DNA of 64,000 nt from Yuukianura sp. NJ FZ-2021 (taxonomy: Eukaryota): NCBI GenBank assembly GCA_046563655.1, contig CM102290.1, positions 6,758,001 through 6,822,000 on the forward strand. The letters are read 5' to 3'. Of this stretch, positions 13,001 to 25,879 are shown piece by piece. Made by a program: the position numbers and the translations under genes. The stretch's first letter is position 1, and every line of letters begins with the position of its first letter. The notes under the pieces were generated by a model, which was given only the letters and a program-made list of their open reading frames with translations, searched no databases and was not told where the DNA came from.

Positions 13001-13154
13001 ATATCCGAATTTCGGAGTTTTCGGTTTTTTCGGCTCAAAATCACAGGGGCAAACTTTTTTCGACATTTTGCATCAAAACTATGTATAACTAATAGGTTTC
13101 TTCAACGGCGACAACAAATATTTGAACCAAAATATCTTAAAATTAGACTCCGTG
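10031..13154. mobile_element. Degraded DNA transposon with ~250-bp imperfect TIRs and CACGG...CCGTG termini (CMC/Chapaev-like, tentative)
   Basis: 10031-10280 (CACGGTGTCTAATTTTAG...AAACCTATTAGTTATACATAGTTTTGATGCAAAATG...CACAAGATGGC) is the reverse complement of ~12895-13154. Cys-containing coding remnants at 12130-12390 are only weakly Chapaev-like. No TSD found. Confidence 0.7.
10722..12094 (+). mobile_element. Internally deleted pogo-like (HTH_psq/DDE_1) Tc1/mariner element nested in the previous element
   Basis: Perfect TIR GGGTAGGTGGGGGTAACTGTGGTA / TACCACAGTTACCCCCACCTACCC, flanked by TA on both sides. Transposase remnants: MVRKYVRKTDKRQWD (ATG at 11168), FQKCGVYNSNMEFPVTRATIDESNFDP and AEIITKESYLKKV. 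The catalytic core is missing. Confidence 0.85.
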
Positions 13155-13192
13155 CCTCGGTCAATGAACCCTAACACTGCTTCAGTTGTCAA

Positions 13193-14328
13193 CATCGTCC
13201 GAAACTATCAAGTTTGTATTTCTCACAAATACAATGTAGTCAGGATTTTAGAACTAAAACTTCTTCCCAATTAGCGATTTATAATCTTTGTAATTAAAAA
13301 TTTAAATTTTTTTAATTAAAAAATTTAAATTTGAAAATTAAAATTTTTTAATTTTTTTTAAAAACATATATACTAAAATTTACATGCACCGCTACATGCT
13401 ACGCTTGCTAGCTACGCTTCAACAATTAAAGTCAGCCAATATATTTTTAATTAATTTTACACATTAGAATAATTCAGACATATTATATTACTCTTCTAGT
13501 CTAGTCCTAACCACCGCTACATATACCGCTTGCTAGCTACGCTTCAACAATTAAATTCAATAAATACAACTTTAATTAATTTTACACATTAGAATTATTC
13601 AAATTATATTACTGTTCTAGTATAGTCTAAGCCATCGCTACATGCAGCGCTTGCTAGCTACGCTTCAATAATTGAAGTCAAGAAATATGATATTAATGTT
13701 AAGGTCGAAGCGTAGCTATCTAGCGTGAACAAAAATGCTTCAAAAGGCTTATTATAGCTTCCAGTACAAAGTATATGCGTCAAAAGTTCAAATTTAACTT
13801 GAAATATAAAGTTAATGTCGAAGCGTAGCTATCTAGCAGTACATCTAGCGGTGACTAAAGATGCTTCAAAAGGCTTATTATAGCTTCCGGTAAGAAGTAT
13901 ATGCGTCAAAGGTTCAAATTTAACTTTAAGTATAAAGTTAATGTCGAAGCGTAGCTATCTAGCGGTACATCTAGCGGTGGCTAAAACTGGTCCAAGAGGC
14001 TTATTATCGCTTCCGGTAAGAAGTGTATGTTTTCGAAATTCAAATTGGACTTAAGTATAAACTTCATGTCGAAGCGTAGCTATGTAGCGGTGCATCTAGC
14101 GGTGACTAGGAATGCTTCAAAACGCTACTAGTGACTTCCGGTGAAGCAATTTATGTGTCCAAAGTTAAAAAAAAATTAAATTAAAAACTTTTTTTTTCTA
14201 TAATATTAAAATTAAAATTGAGTTAAATATGATATGAAATTAAATGCTCTCATTGTAAATGTGAGAAATTGACTATATATCCTCCACTGGGAGGATATAT
14301 AGAATTCACTTGATAGTTTCGGACGATG
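13193..14328. mobile_element. Non-autonomous foldback element with CAT...ATG termini and 8-bp TSD (P/Galileo-like)
   Basis: TIR CATCGTCCGAAACTATCAAGT / ACTTGATAGTTTCGGACGATG; exact TSD GTTGTCAA at 13185-13192 and 14329-14336. Internal ~125-bp repeats: 3 forward copies (13388-13680) face 4 inverted copies (13704-14110). Confidence 0.85.
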
Positions 14329-14839
14329 GTTGTCAAACCTAGCCCTCTCCGGCCCGTTTCTGAGTTCAAACTTCCGTTTTCAAACCCTGCGGGATTCCGG
14401 GAAGGCAGCCTTACCATGACATTGAGGGTACCCATTCCAACTCTGATGACAATATATGGATTGTTCCTCTACGTTACTCGACGTGTGAAAACATATTTTG
14501 AAAACTAAATGGAGTGAAATTAATAGTTGGCTTTACCTAATGCGGTTAACACTGTATTCTACTCTGCTGTTATGATTTATTTCTGAAAACTGATTGGAAA
14601 TCAGCTATTCTTGAATATTGATAAGAAATTTCATTTGTCTAACACCTAAAAAAATAGCGGTGGGCACATTTAAAACGCTGTTAAGGAATCGGAAGGAACA
14701 ACTCATACTTAATTCTTTTCGACGAATAAAAATCACAGAGTTATTGGAAGACAGTATAATAAAAGATCCATCTATGAATTGCTGCTCAGAGTATATTTCA
14801 AAGAACATGTAAACTAGTAGGACTAGTCGTAAGTCCAAC

Positions 14840-17800
14840 CTACCACCGGACATATTGTCTATAATCTTCTTTGACACTAAACCTTTTAACTGTCTCGTAG
14901 CCTAAAATAATTGCGAAACTAAAAACAGCTGATTGCGTAAGACGTGCTGATAATCCTTTTGTAAATATCCGGAGACCTTCCTCATTCCAGAGGATCAGGA
15001 ACGTCCTTGGGAAAGAGTTCAGCCGTTGAACCTAAAAATTCATGTTAAAAGAATTTAGTTATTGTTATTAGCTAGGTACGACTTTCTGACAGTGATGGCT
15101 ATATTGGATTGTGGCGCAAGTTTCAATCGACAATGCCAGAGCGCTGCAAAAACAGATCCGGTTTTGATATAATATTGGCTGTTTATACGAAATTAATTCT
15201 TTGGGTCATTCAAACTCCATTTAAGAATATGCGGAACAATAAATTCCTGTACTGCAAGCAAACGCAGTAGCTTTTGAACAAAACAAACCGGAATTACTTT
15301 AGAAAACCATTAAGTAACCACATGGCATATACGCCAATTTTGGAACCACCCCTCTATTGGAATAGGTATCTATGTGGCTCTTTGGACAAAAAAGAAATAG
15401 GCAAGCCAAATCTGACTCCAAAACACAGCAACCTGCGGTTAGCCACATGGCGACAGTTGTTACACATTGCGGTTACTGCGGGTACAACTTTCTTTTACCC
15501 CGTATTCTCTCGTAAATACAACCTTTAATTATTATTTGTAACCACCGGGTGGATACATATAGATTGCCTGCGGTTACAATTGATGTAATTCCTGTATAAT
15601 AAAGCCCATACTTACTTACCTAGGTAACTAACATAACCGAACCATACTATACAAATACAATAATACTGTAAGAAAAACATGCTTATATATGTACAGTATA
15701 TAATGGACTTACATTAACTATCATTAATTAATAATCTTATAATAAAAAAAATGTGTTTACGTAAGTTCTATGTCATAACGGCCAAACCAAAAGCAGCCAA
15801 TCCAAAAGCGCCCAGATCAAAATGGGCGGAGAAAAATAGCGACCGATTCCATTGCGGTCATTGGCAATAGCGGCGGAAGTTTAGCTCGCATTTGAACAAA
15901 GCAAATTCAATAGATAGTAATTTAGTTTAATAAAGTTTTAACTAATCACTAACTAGTTAACTAGTTAACAAAAAAATCTTAACTTCAGGGTAACCTAATG
16001 CACCAAATGTTGTACAAACAGAAAACGTTTAGTTCTTAACGAAATATTTTTTATCATAATTTGTTATGATTCCCCCACATGGGTTACAGTTTTGGGTCAA
16101 GTTGCCCATAGAAGCGAATTTCAAGCGGGCACATTCAGTAGATTAATCATCCTTCCCTAAACTAACTTAACAAACCTCACAAAAATCAACCGACAAAATG
16201 AATTTAACTAAACTAACCTTAAATAACGTATTTAAACGAAACTAATCAAACTTAACCAAAATAAGTTAATTAATCAATCGGTCAACCAGTTTACTTGATT
16301 TCGTTTCCTGCCCAATCAATTACATAACCTAATTAAGCATAACCTAAGTTAGTAATCGGATTAGAGCTAGAAGCTTTAAGCACTTTTGACATCTGCCGCT
16401 TTTGCCAGATGTCCGTTATGGAATCAACCGCTTTTGGCCCCTTTTGATCGGCCATTATTGGGTTGGCCGCCATGAGCTGCTACGTTTGCACGTAAACCAG
16501 ACAGTTGTCAAGGCGATTTTCGACGTTTTTCTCTAGACTTCACTAGAGGGAAATGATTTCAACAAAATTTTTAAAACCATTCTTCAAGAGACGAAAGCGG
16601 TTTTTTTTTCGAAGTGTAAAGCCCAGTTCACAAACCAATTTGAAAAATAGGAAGAGATTGGCGCCTGATGTGTGCGCAAAGCGAATCGTGTATTTTGGCC
16701 GGACATTTCGCTTATTTCAGACATTTCAGTCATTTCTGACACAAAGTCTGAAAATTAAACTAAACCGGGAACACTGAGAACGGGTAACCGTGACTAGAGT
16801 TGTTTCTGTTGACTAGGAGAAGTGACGGAATCGGATACTGTATCACAGAAAAGTAAGAAAGTGAAAGCTTTAATAAATTTAGGAATCAAAGTATAATAGC
16901 AATTAATTTGACTGAGGCAAAGAAAGCTGTAGCTTATGAACTTTAGTTTCTTCGTTAGCTACAGCTTCGCAAATTATTTTAACCAGCATTCGGTGTGAAA
17001 CTGGCTTAAACTCCATTTTCCATTTAGGTGCGTGATGATTTTTGGTTTCAAAACAATCAGGCATATTTCTAGGATTAGAAAAATTAAAATTCTTTGACGT
17101 AAAAAATTTCGCTTTTACGTCACATTGACTTAACAAATGAAAATTTACCGATTTTTTTTGCAGGACAAGTCTATACCTCGGAGCGGCAATCTGTGTTATC
17201 GGGGAAATCGGGAGTTTAAAAAGAAAACCGTTAAACTAAACCACAGTTCTTTTCGCTCTATAAATGTGCTCGCGCAACACAGTTGATTGGTTAGGGGTTC
17301 TCTGTAACTAAGTTGTAACCGAGTTCACTGAATGAAGATTTATTTATTACACCGCGTCTCTAGCGCTACACCGTGTATTTGGTACTTATATTGAATGAGT
17401 GCCATACACATATCTTGAGTTATTCCTTTGCTTTTGTTGGTTTAGAAAACTCCGAAGTACCATATTTATTGGCGTATAATTTGCACTATCGTATACCGCG
17501 CACTTAAATATTATTTCCACTTTATAAAAAAGGTCCATTTTGGATCTTGGAACTAGGGAAACCAAACATTGTGCCGGGACTCGCTATAACAGGGATTCCC
17601 TGCCTATTCCCACCTGGGAATTATCCCAGCGGAAGCAATACGGAGGAACAGGGAGTAGAATGCAGGGAATTGGGAATTAAATTTTTGCATTGCCAGGAGG
17701 GAGGGAATGTTAAAATCAGTGCGGAAATTCCTTGGTTACGAATTTCAACTTTCCCTAACCCCTTTTGTTAAAAAAAAACACCCTGGAAGTCAAAAACAAA

Positions 17801-20800
17801 AAAAAAGAGGGTTTATTATTTGAGAAAATGAGGTATTCTAGAAACGAATTGCCAGATAGGGTGCAAGTAACGTCACCGGCACCGTCTAGTTTCCAAGTTT
17901 TCGAAAACCGAAGCTAACGACTAAGTCATTTAACAATCATTTAACGCTGATAGAAAACTATACCTAAATAAGGCTATATCGCAAGTACTTACTTGGAGTC
18001 GGGCACGGCACACGTCGAGTGGATTCGTGACAATTGTTGTAGTAAATCCACCTAGTGTTCCAGATATAGTTTGCAATAAAAGATGAGACGCATTGTCTGG
18101 AACTATTTTGATTAGCTGGTCTGAGAAATATTGGTACAAGAAAACCGTTTATTTTTCATATTATTATTTATTATAGATCCTCAATTCTTCTGCTAGGTCA
18201 TTTAAATATTGCAGATGCTTACCTTGGTACATGTGGTAAAATCCCCACCACATTGCAGAGTTTGGAACTAATTAGGGTTAAAAAAGTATATCAATTAGTA
18301 AAATATAGTTAATTTCCCTGCAGCGAATGAGTATTAGGCTTTTTGTGGCAGTTGGCAGTTTAATGTTGAAAACAAAACTGACTAGAGAATAAACTGATGC
18401 GGATGACTTATGAAACCTGCAATCATCTCCAATTAAACGCCAGTAAAGCCAGACGCGAGACGTAAGATATTTGACGTAGCGCACCTGCGCAAAAGCGAAC
18501 ATACGTTTGTCCTCGTGCTAAATTTGATATGTCCTCGTGCCACACAGTGGGGCCGATTGCTTCAAACAACGACAAGCGTTTCGGAGGAAACAAATTGATT
18601 GTTAGAAAACACACAATTGTGGAGACAAAACAGTCGCAAAATTATCGACATAGCAACCGAAAGTACAGCGCGATTTCAGTTTTTATGATTGTCGAACTGG
18701 TTTTCCCCTCATAGACGCAATTTTTCACCAACTTCAAAAATCAGTTAAAAATACTAAATTGGTAAAGTGGCGCGAAGTGGCGGTCGGACTTGGTACGTGA
18801 TGCTGTCTAGTTTTTATTGCGATATTCAGGTTATCTGTAGGTAACGGACATTTTTGGACGATTTGATCTTTGTAAATCCTGATTTTGGCATTCATTTTTA
18901 ATGTAATTTCTAAAAATCAACTTAACGTTTCCCCTGACAACCGTGGCGCCTGTTTGAAGAAACGACCCCACTGTGTGCCAGTGGGTATCGCTTGAAAAGG
19001 TATGATGCTGCGCATTCATTCATCCCTGCTTGTAGTGAGAGTAACGGGAAAAAGAGTTTGTTCATTTTGAGTTGTGAAAATTTGTGAAACGTTTTTGTGA
19101 AACGACATTTCCATGAGTATTTGTAAAATATTTATTGTAACTGTAAAGTCCGAATTGTAATTGTATTTCTGAGTTAGTTAGTATCGTTGTTGTTATGTGA
19201 GACGAGAAATTGCCAAATTATAGGGAAAAAAAGACTTACATTTATGCAAAAAAAAAACAAACAAAAAATTATGCTTGTAAAGTTTTGATAAATAAGCCCC
19301 CAGCTGCTCGATCTCCGCGTAATGTAACAAAAAAAATCCTCAATTAAATCGATTTTATGCCAAACCTTTTCGGGAAGTCGAAGAACCTTGGAAAGAAACT
19401 CCTAAACTTACCGTATGTTCCGAGAGAAGCAAAATATCCGCGATAGAACCCTCTAAGCCCATCCCTTCTATAAATCTCTTTGGTAATGTCCATAGTCACT
19501 TGAAATTTTGAACGCCCTTCGTATTCGATTCCCAAAGTATTGTAGACAGATCTAGAAATGATAAAAAATACCAAATATTGCGAAATGTTGCTAGGAAAAA
19601 AGCTACGTTAAATATAGGAATTACATTAAAGCTGTAAACATAACTTGTAATCCGTAATCTGGAAGAAGGAATAAATACCCAGGAAACAATAAAAACTGAG
19701 AAAAGTCAAACTGACTTCATATTTTGGTCTGTTTACTAAGTTTACTGACTTCAAGACCCGAGACCCAATTTCTCGCCTAAAAATGAGTGAAGTTGGAAAC
19801 CGCAAATGTTGGTCTGGAAGAAGATGTATACTCTGCTATACTCTACTAACCTAATCTGAAGTTGGTTAGCCTGCAAACGTTCTCATACTTACTAAAAAGT
19901 AGAGTATTTCGGACTCTAACCTTATTACCAATACTTACTTACCAATTATTACGTTTTTTACAAAACGTCTAACTTAGTCAAATCTTTAGTTCTTAAAGTG
20001 ATTCGTGTAACAACTGTGCTTAGTTTTCTTATTTAAAGTTAATTAGGATAATTAATATGAAACGGTAACCTCTACTCTCTTGTTATTTTAGAAGAGGTCA
20101 AGGGGAGGTACCGGCTCCTACCCTTCTGGGACAATTTGTTCCATAGTCAGGAAAGCGTCTTGGGCTGTCTCACATATGACGACACTGCGACTTTTGGAAC
20201 GTCTTCCCCCAGACCAATATTTGGTATAGTCAAACGACCACAAATGTTTCCTGGGTACGTACCATCACGTAGCAAGTCCGACCACCATTTGGGAACACTT
20301 TGCAAAATTAACCTAACTGGTTTTTAGTTGGTGAAATATTCTGTTTAGTTGTGCACTAGAGTATTGCGTTTACGAAAGATTGGAGTTATTTCGGCAATAA
20401 CTTTGTCATTTGAACGACGGTTTACACGTTTATCCTAGTACGGTTTCCTGCGATAGCTAACAACTTCATTCGCAAACGATGCGGACATGAAGAAGAAAAG
20501 AATTGCTTCGTGGGCAGAACAATTTGGCTTAAATATTCGACATTTTCATTCATCCGCCATGGTTTTAAAATTCATTGTAAATACGAACTAATACTTTGTA
20601 AATACGGTTTTCCGTCGCACTTTTATGATCAAAGAATTAACAGTAACTTATTTCAATGAGGTAAAACTAACGAAAATAATTGACCTAAAGTATTTCTCAG
20701 ACGTAGGTATGAAGAAATGAATACACGGAAAGGTAAGAGAATAAGGTCAATTAATAACAAATAACTCGATAGTTACAAATAAACTTACTTGAAAGCACCT

Positions 20801-21540
20801 CCGTTGGATCGGCCGAGAACCATTAAGTGTTGACTAATCACATCAAAAGGGACAATGACAGTCTGAAATAAGCATTCAAGAGAAGTTTAAGTTCATTAAA
20901 GTGACAACACACATAAACTATTCTCCAGATTACCAGAAATACTTACTTGTCCCACTAAAGAGGCACATCCTCCGGCAATAAGAGCCCGAACATTGCTGTC
21001 TCGAATTCCGTTGCGATATAGAAAGTGCCTCACTTGCTCGTAAGTTGATACGTAGAATACACCGGAAACTATTTGGAAGGTCGACACCCAGAAACCTTTA
21101 TACAGACCAGCAAAGCCTTCCGCTGCCTTAATCTTGCGGTAGGCGTCTAAAACGCCAGAGTAAACACTGTTTCGTTGTTGCAACTACAAGACAAATCACA
21201 TTATGCCTACATACCTCAGTTTACCATGGATTTCTATCTTAAAACTCACCTGAATACAGGTTTTAATGACTGTTAGTGGATACAAAAGACATCGAATCGT
21301 AAAGGAACTTGTCATGCTCAGTGGGTAAAATTTCCATTTGTCCATCATATGCCATTCGATGACTTGAATTTGTGACTCACTTGATGGGGCCGCCATTCGA
21401 ACATAGACAGAATCTGAGGGGTTCGTATTGTCTTCGACATCGGCAGTGATGAGCTGGGCAGGAGTAGGCGCCATCGTCCTAGCACCACCGCCACAATTAA
21501 GAGACGATGAAGGCCTCGTGCTTGAGCCGGACGATGTCAT
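14840..21540 (-). CDS. SLC25A44: Mitochondrial carrier SLC25A44 (branched-chain amino acid transporter family), 7 coding exons, 368 aa
   Basis: Exons (minus strand): 21540-21250, 21183-20947, 20862-20789, 19551-19412, 18267-18223, 18120-17993, 15031-14840. All introns are GT-AG with consistent phases; total 1107 nt. Motifs IEWHMMDKWKFYPLS, YPLTVIKT, VPFDVISQHLM, VPNSAMWWGFYH, TNPLDVCRARLQ and C-terminal GYETVKRFSVKEDYRQYVRW are typical of SLC25A44. Confidence 0.95.
15763..16484. mobile_element. Intronic MITE of the asymmetric-end family (...TGCTACG right end)
   Basis: Left AAGTTCTATGTCATAACGGCCAAACC versus right GGTTGGCCGCCATGAGCTGCTACG; subterminal AAAAGCG/CGCTTTT motifs and an AACCT-rich core. 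TSD degraded. Confidence 0.55.
16650..16790. repeat. Dispersed repeat fragment; a second copy in opposite orientation lies at ~33110-33245
   Basis: ATTGGCGCCTGATGTGTGCGCAAAGCGAATCGTG...GGACATTTCG...CGGGAACACTG matches the reverse complement of 33110-33245. The two ORF-track peptides are also similar (LAPDVCAKRIVYFGRTFR and LAPGACAKRIVTFGRTFR). Confidence 0.7.
19678..20255. mobile_element. Putative CMC/EnSpm-like MITE (CCCAG termini) in SLC25A44 intron 3
   Basis: 11-bp TIR CCCAGGAAACA / TGTTTCCTGGG flanked by TA on both sides. The internal part 19717-19867 recurs at ~31313-31438. Confidence 0.5.
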
Positions 21541-22249
21541 TATGCTGTTTGTACTGTTACACCTAATTTGAAATTAAAACCAGTGGCTATGTTACAAAAT
21601 GGTCTACACTGTTTATCCTGCTGACCTCTAAGTTGATCTATGAAGAAAATATTTTGTACTTTTTCTGCTTTTCATGAAAAATTTTCTGAGAATACTCAAG
21701 ATACACCAAGGTAACTAAACAAAAAGACACACGCGCTTTCCAAGGTAGTCTCATGAGCGGTTTTTTAATTTTTTTTTTCCGATAGTTGTTAGTGGGTCGG
21801 CTCATCTCAGTTTCTAACGAGACAAAATCTTTGAAAAGAGGCGAATAAGACGTCGTGGCCAGAGTAGCATTTTGAATTTTTTATTTCCACTTTCCACCAA
21901 AAATTAATTTTTGAGTCAGGTTTTAATTTATGTGAATATAGAAAAATTAGTGTAAAAATCTAACTAAGTTCGAAATTTTACGTAACCTAACCGTGAAAAT
22001 AAGAAATTCTAGCAGCTACTGAATTTAAGTAAGTAAAGAAGCTTATCAGCTTCATCTACGGCGGCTGCATTAGGTAACGTTTCGCTTTCTGGAAACGACT
22101 GCCGACTGTTCAAATCTGCTCGAATCTTGTTGCTCACGTTCCACTTCTCGACATCGGTTATTTCACTGATGATAATGTTCTTGACCTTGGAATTTTTGAT
22201 TTTCAAGCTCCCGATTCACAGTGGCAATTCGGATGGACACACGCAGTCA

Positions 22250-24389
22250 GGAGTAGTATTTAACGTATATGCTAACGTATATGGTATATGGTAACGTAAA
22301 CTTAACCTTGGTACACAAGGGAAAGAGGGAAAGCTCGAGAATGAGAGACTTTACAATTCCAGGAGTTTTTGAAATTCCCCTCTGTGGATGCTGGGTTTGA
22401 AAACATTCTTCTCAAAAACTGACATAGCCAAATTGTGGATGGATCAACGCTCCGGCACTGATGCGTCGTATACAGAACGCATTCTAATGTGTTTGCTGAG
22501 ACAAAGACCGTTTTAAGTTTGGATATTTTTCAAGAAATTTTATTGCAATGAACCCGGCCCGCCTTCTTCTGAAATTTGAGATACTGCCAAGTCAGATGCT
22601 TCAGATTCATCCATTTCGCTTTGTTCTACCCAAATCGCATTCACCCGCATCTTCGATAAAAAGGTCTCTGGAAAATGTCGTCCCAATGTCATAGTGTATT
22701 AATTCCCACATAACACGAAACATTCTGAATTATTAATTGAATTATGAATTATTATTTACGCTTTATAAAAACATTCAGAATTAACCTCATGCTGATGTGA
22801 AAACTTTGCAAAAATCAAGCATCCAACTAGACATAAGTAATATAATTTTGAGCATTAATTTCAAAAAATTCCGATTGGCGAAGTGGAGAGAGAGGCAGGG
22901 GTGAACGCAATATGTGAGAACGAGCACAGGTTCGATGAATACACAAAAGAATTGTTTTTCTTTCCGCAAGCATCCAGATGACATCTTGACGATGTCCGCA
23001 AAAATGCAACAATGCATTTTCGTGACATTGCGGCGTAATTAATCAAAGGTGTAATAGCATAATATTAGTAATCAGCTAAGAATACATAATGAACTCAATA
23101 ATAATTTTAGTACATTAACTTAAAAAACTAGCAACTAGTATTATAATAATATTTTAATCATTTAAACATTTAGTTTAACTTCAATCACTTCAAAGATCTC
23201 TTCACAACCTCAATTTTCCAATCTCAGCTCACTTAACGATAACTATATTTTGTAATCTTATTCAATTATACACAACGTTTGTTTTGAAAAACCTATCTGG
23301 AATGGGATAAATAAACGAAATAATAATAATAATAACGTTCTCCTGCTCATCTCCACCACGCTCTACAAAGTGCATTTTGTTGACGTTATGTTGTTTCATG
23401 CTAAGTATTCTCAGAATGCTTTTAAAATGTTTTTGTGTTGTCTGGGTTGTTTCCAGTTTGAGAAGAGATAACGTACGAAAACGGCAGACATAAGTTTGTG
23501 GCGGCCATAAACCTTTTTCTTCAGAAGCGTGATAACGATAAGCCTATCGTGGGTCTATACTCATTTCGTCAAATCCCAGAACGTAAAGCGATCAATCCGT
23601 GGCGCTGACACTAGAGTACAAAGGACAGGCTCTTGAATGCCTGTGGAGGAATCGGTTCTAGACAACCATCGCAGGATAGTTGGTTTGGAGGGAAGCAGAT
23701 AACGCAAAACGTATCCTGCTCATACACTGCACTGGATACTGAGTAGAGTCGGATTGTGTTGGAAATGTCGACTGGAGCCCAACGCCGTACTCTTCCATTT
23801 AGAATAAACTGTATTTACGTAGGCGTGTAAGTTTGCTCAGCATGCTTCATTAGTTGTGTGACGATTTTGGCTTGCTGTTAAGCTTTTTGTTGTTCCATTT
23901 TCTGTTGTTCGAAGTCCTGTGTCACTTTGATCTGAGCTTTCAATCGATCAATTGTGGCGTCTCGGCGGCAGAGTAGATTGCGTTGGACTTGTACTTCCGC
24001 TTCTAAGTTCAATATTCGTCGTTTGTACACTTCTCTCATATCTAAAATGGAGCAATGACATTGAAATTTCGAAATAGAAGCGTCATTTGTAATGCTTAGC
24101 ACCTTCTTCCGAGACGTTGTTCTCCGCTCACGTGGGACTCAATCTCAATTGTTGGAGTGCGTCGAATTTTCGGCGCTTTATTTGACTAGTAACGTTGTGG
24201 AAACTTTCAGGATAAAAATGTAGCAAGCAGATTCTAGAATGGATTCAACAGTCCCTTCCTCAAACACGTACCCATTGATCGTTGCCAAAGTTGAAGCATG
24301 TCTTGATCCTTGGGAAATGCAAAAACAGCATCCTTTTTGCCTTAACATTTTGAGTTTGGACATCCAGCAACACCACATGTGGCCACCAT
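22250..24389 (-). pseudogene. Degraded P-element-superfamily (THAP + RNase H-like) transposase gene
   Basis: Fragments with stops and frameshifts: THAP domain MVATCGVAGCPNSKC*...AFPKDQDMLQLWQRS...SRICLLHFYPESF...TPTI; RVRRWAPVDISNTIRLYSVS; LPSKPTILRWL; VLGFDEMSIDP; YLFSNWKQP; GFIAIKFLEKYPNL. Element ends not resolved. Confidence 0.85.
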
Positions 24390-24933
24390 GTTGTCCAATA
24401 GGAAGCACAGGCTTGTCACTGTCACGATTTCACTTTTGTCCTTTTGTTTGCAGTTTGTTTGTAAACAAAGTGTAAACAAACAATGCACCCCAACCAAAAA
24501 ATATGTGAAAAAAATTAATAAACTGCTCGTGGGACTACCTTACAAAGCTCATGTGTCGTTTTCTTTAGTTACCTTGAGAAACACTAATCAAAGAAAAAAC
24601 TTGCTTCGAGACTGGAACTTTCATTTGCAAAATTTTGTAAATTGGACGTTCCCCATAACGATCCATGTTGGAGTAACTATTTGTCAAAGCGGAAGAAAAC
24701 CAAAAAAGAAGAAAGAAAGAAAGCCAAAAACAAAACACACCCAAAAATTATTATTATTATATTGTAAAATTGTACTCCCATCAAATATTTCTTTTTCTGA
24801 AATACGTTATGGACCCGTGACCATGGAAATATTTTTTTTTTGACCCGCTCTCAAAATTTCCAATTTTTAGAAAATTTTGAAAATTGCAATTTCCTCAAAA
24901 GGGAACACGTTAATTTTTTCGCAACATAGGTTT

Positions 24934-25879
24934 TTAGTCTTCTGGAGACGCACGTCTACGACGTGCTGAAGAAGACTATTGATACGACTTTGTCCGTCTG
25001 TAACGTTCTTTAGTACCCTTTTCACTGAAACATTAGCCCCATTATTGACGGGGGTTATGTATGGCTCAAGCGTTTTCAGTACGTCTACATTGCACTCAAA
25101 GTCGTACATTAACAACGTAGAAGTGGGCGGCTACTTTACGTACCCGCAGTATCGTGGCTTCGCGAAACTGTTTTGGTTTCGATTGCACTCAAAGCATTTA
25201 TAAACAACGGAGTTTTGATCTGGTCATTTTCTGGCAGTATGTTTAATTACTTTGTTAAATTAAACCTTGTCAGGGGGTAGAAATTCTGGCTTAAATTCGT
25301 AACATGTAAACAGTGCATGCCAGGGTTCAAATTTGCTTTTACAAGAAATTTTTATAATTTTGATTTTAAAGAAACGATATTGGACTCCTACCCCACAACG
25401 TACAATTTTGTGCATGATGCACACAATTGAAGGTTTGTGCAGGTTTGAGAACTACCGTGAGCATTGCCATGACAACATCGACAATACAATATGTGCATCT
25501 TCCTCAACAAATGAAGAACATGAATCAAGAACGATATTCGACCACCTTCTTCTTAAGGTGGTTTTCAATTTTGTGCATTTTGTGCACACCAAATTAACAA
25601 CATCAATTGAATGCAGATATTTTGGGCCTCAAAACTTTAACATGATTTTGGTTCAATTAAACGGTAAAATTGCCAAGACAATTTTGGTGCAACTCATGCA
25701 TAAAATAGGATTTCATATTCCCACTGAAAATTTTCATCGACGTTTTAGAGCTTCAATTCCATGAAAACTGTTTCTCAGTTTGTCCACAGTTTGGCGGTAG
25801 GGCAGTCTAAATGTCGTATCAATTGTCAATTCCCTCCAGAAGACCTATGCTCAATCCTTGAGCATCGCCCTACCTTGTT
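24934..25879 (+). mobile_element. Non-autonomous Helentron/HINE-like element, copy 1
   Basis: 5' TTAGTCTTCTGGAG...GAAGACTATT stem followed by a GTCC/GTCT microsatellite. 3' subterminal IR CTCCAGAAGAC, hairpin TGCTCAA-TCC-TTGAGCA, end CTTGTT. Confidence 0.75.

Noticed and set aside
17554..17757. hAT-like MITE (TAGGGAAA...TTTCCCTA)
   Set aside because: Only an 8-bp terminal match and no TSD.
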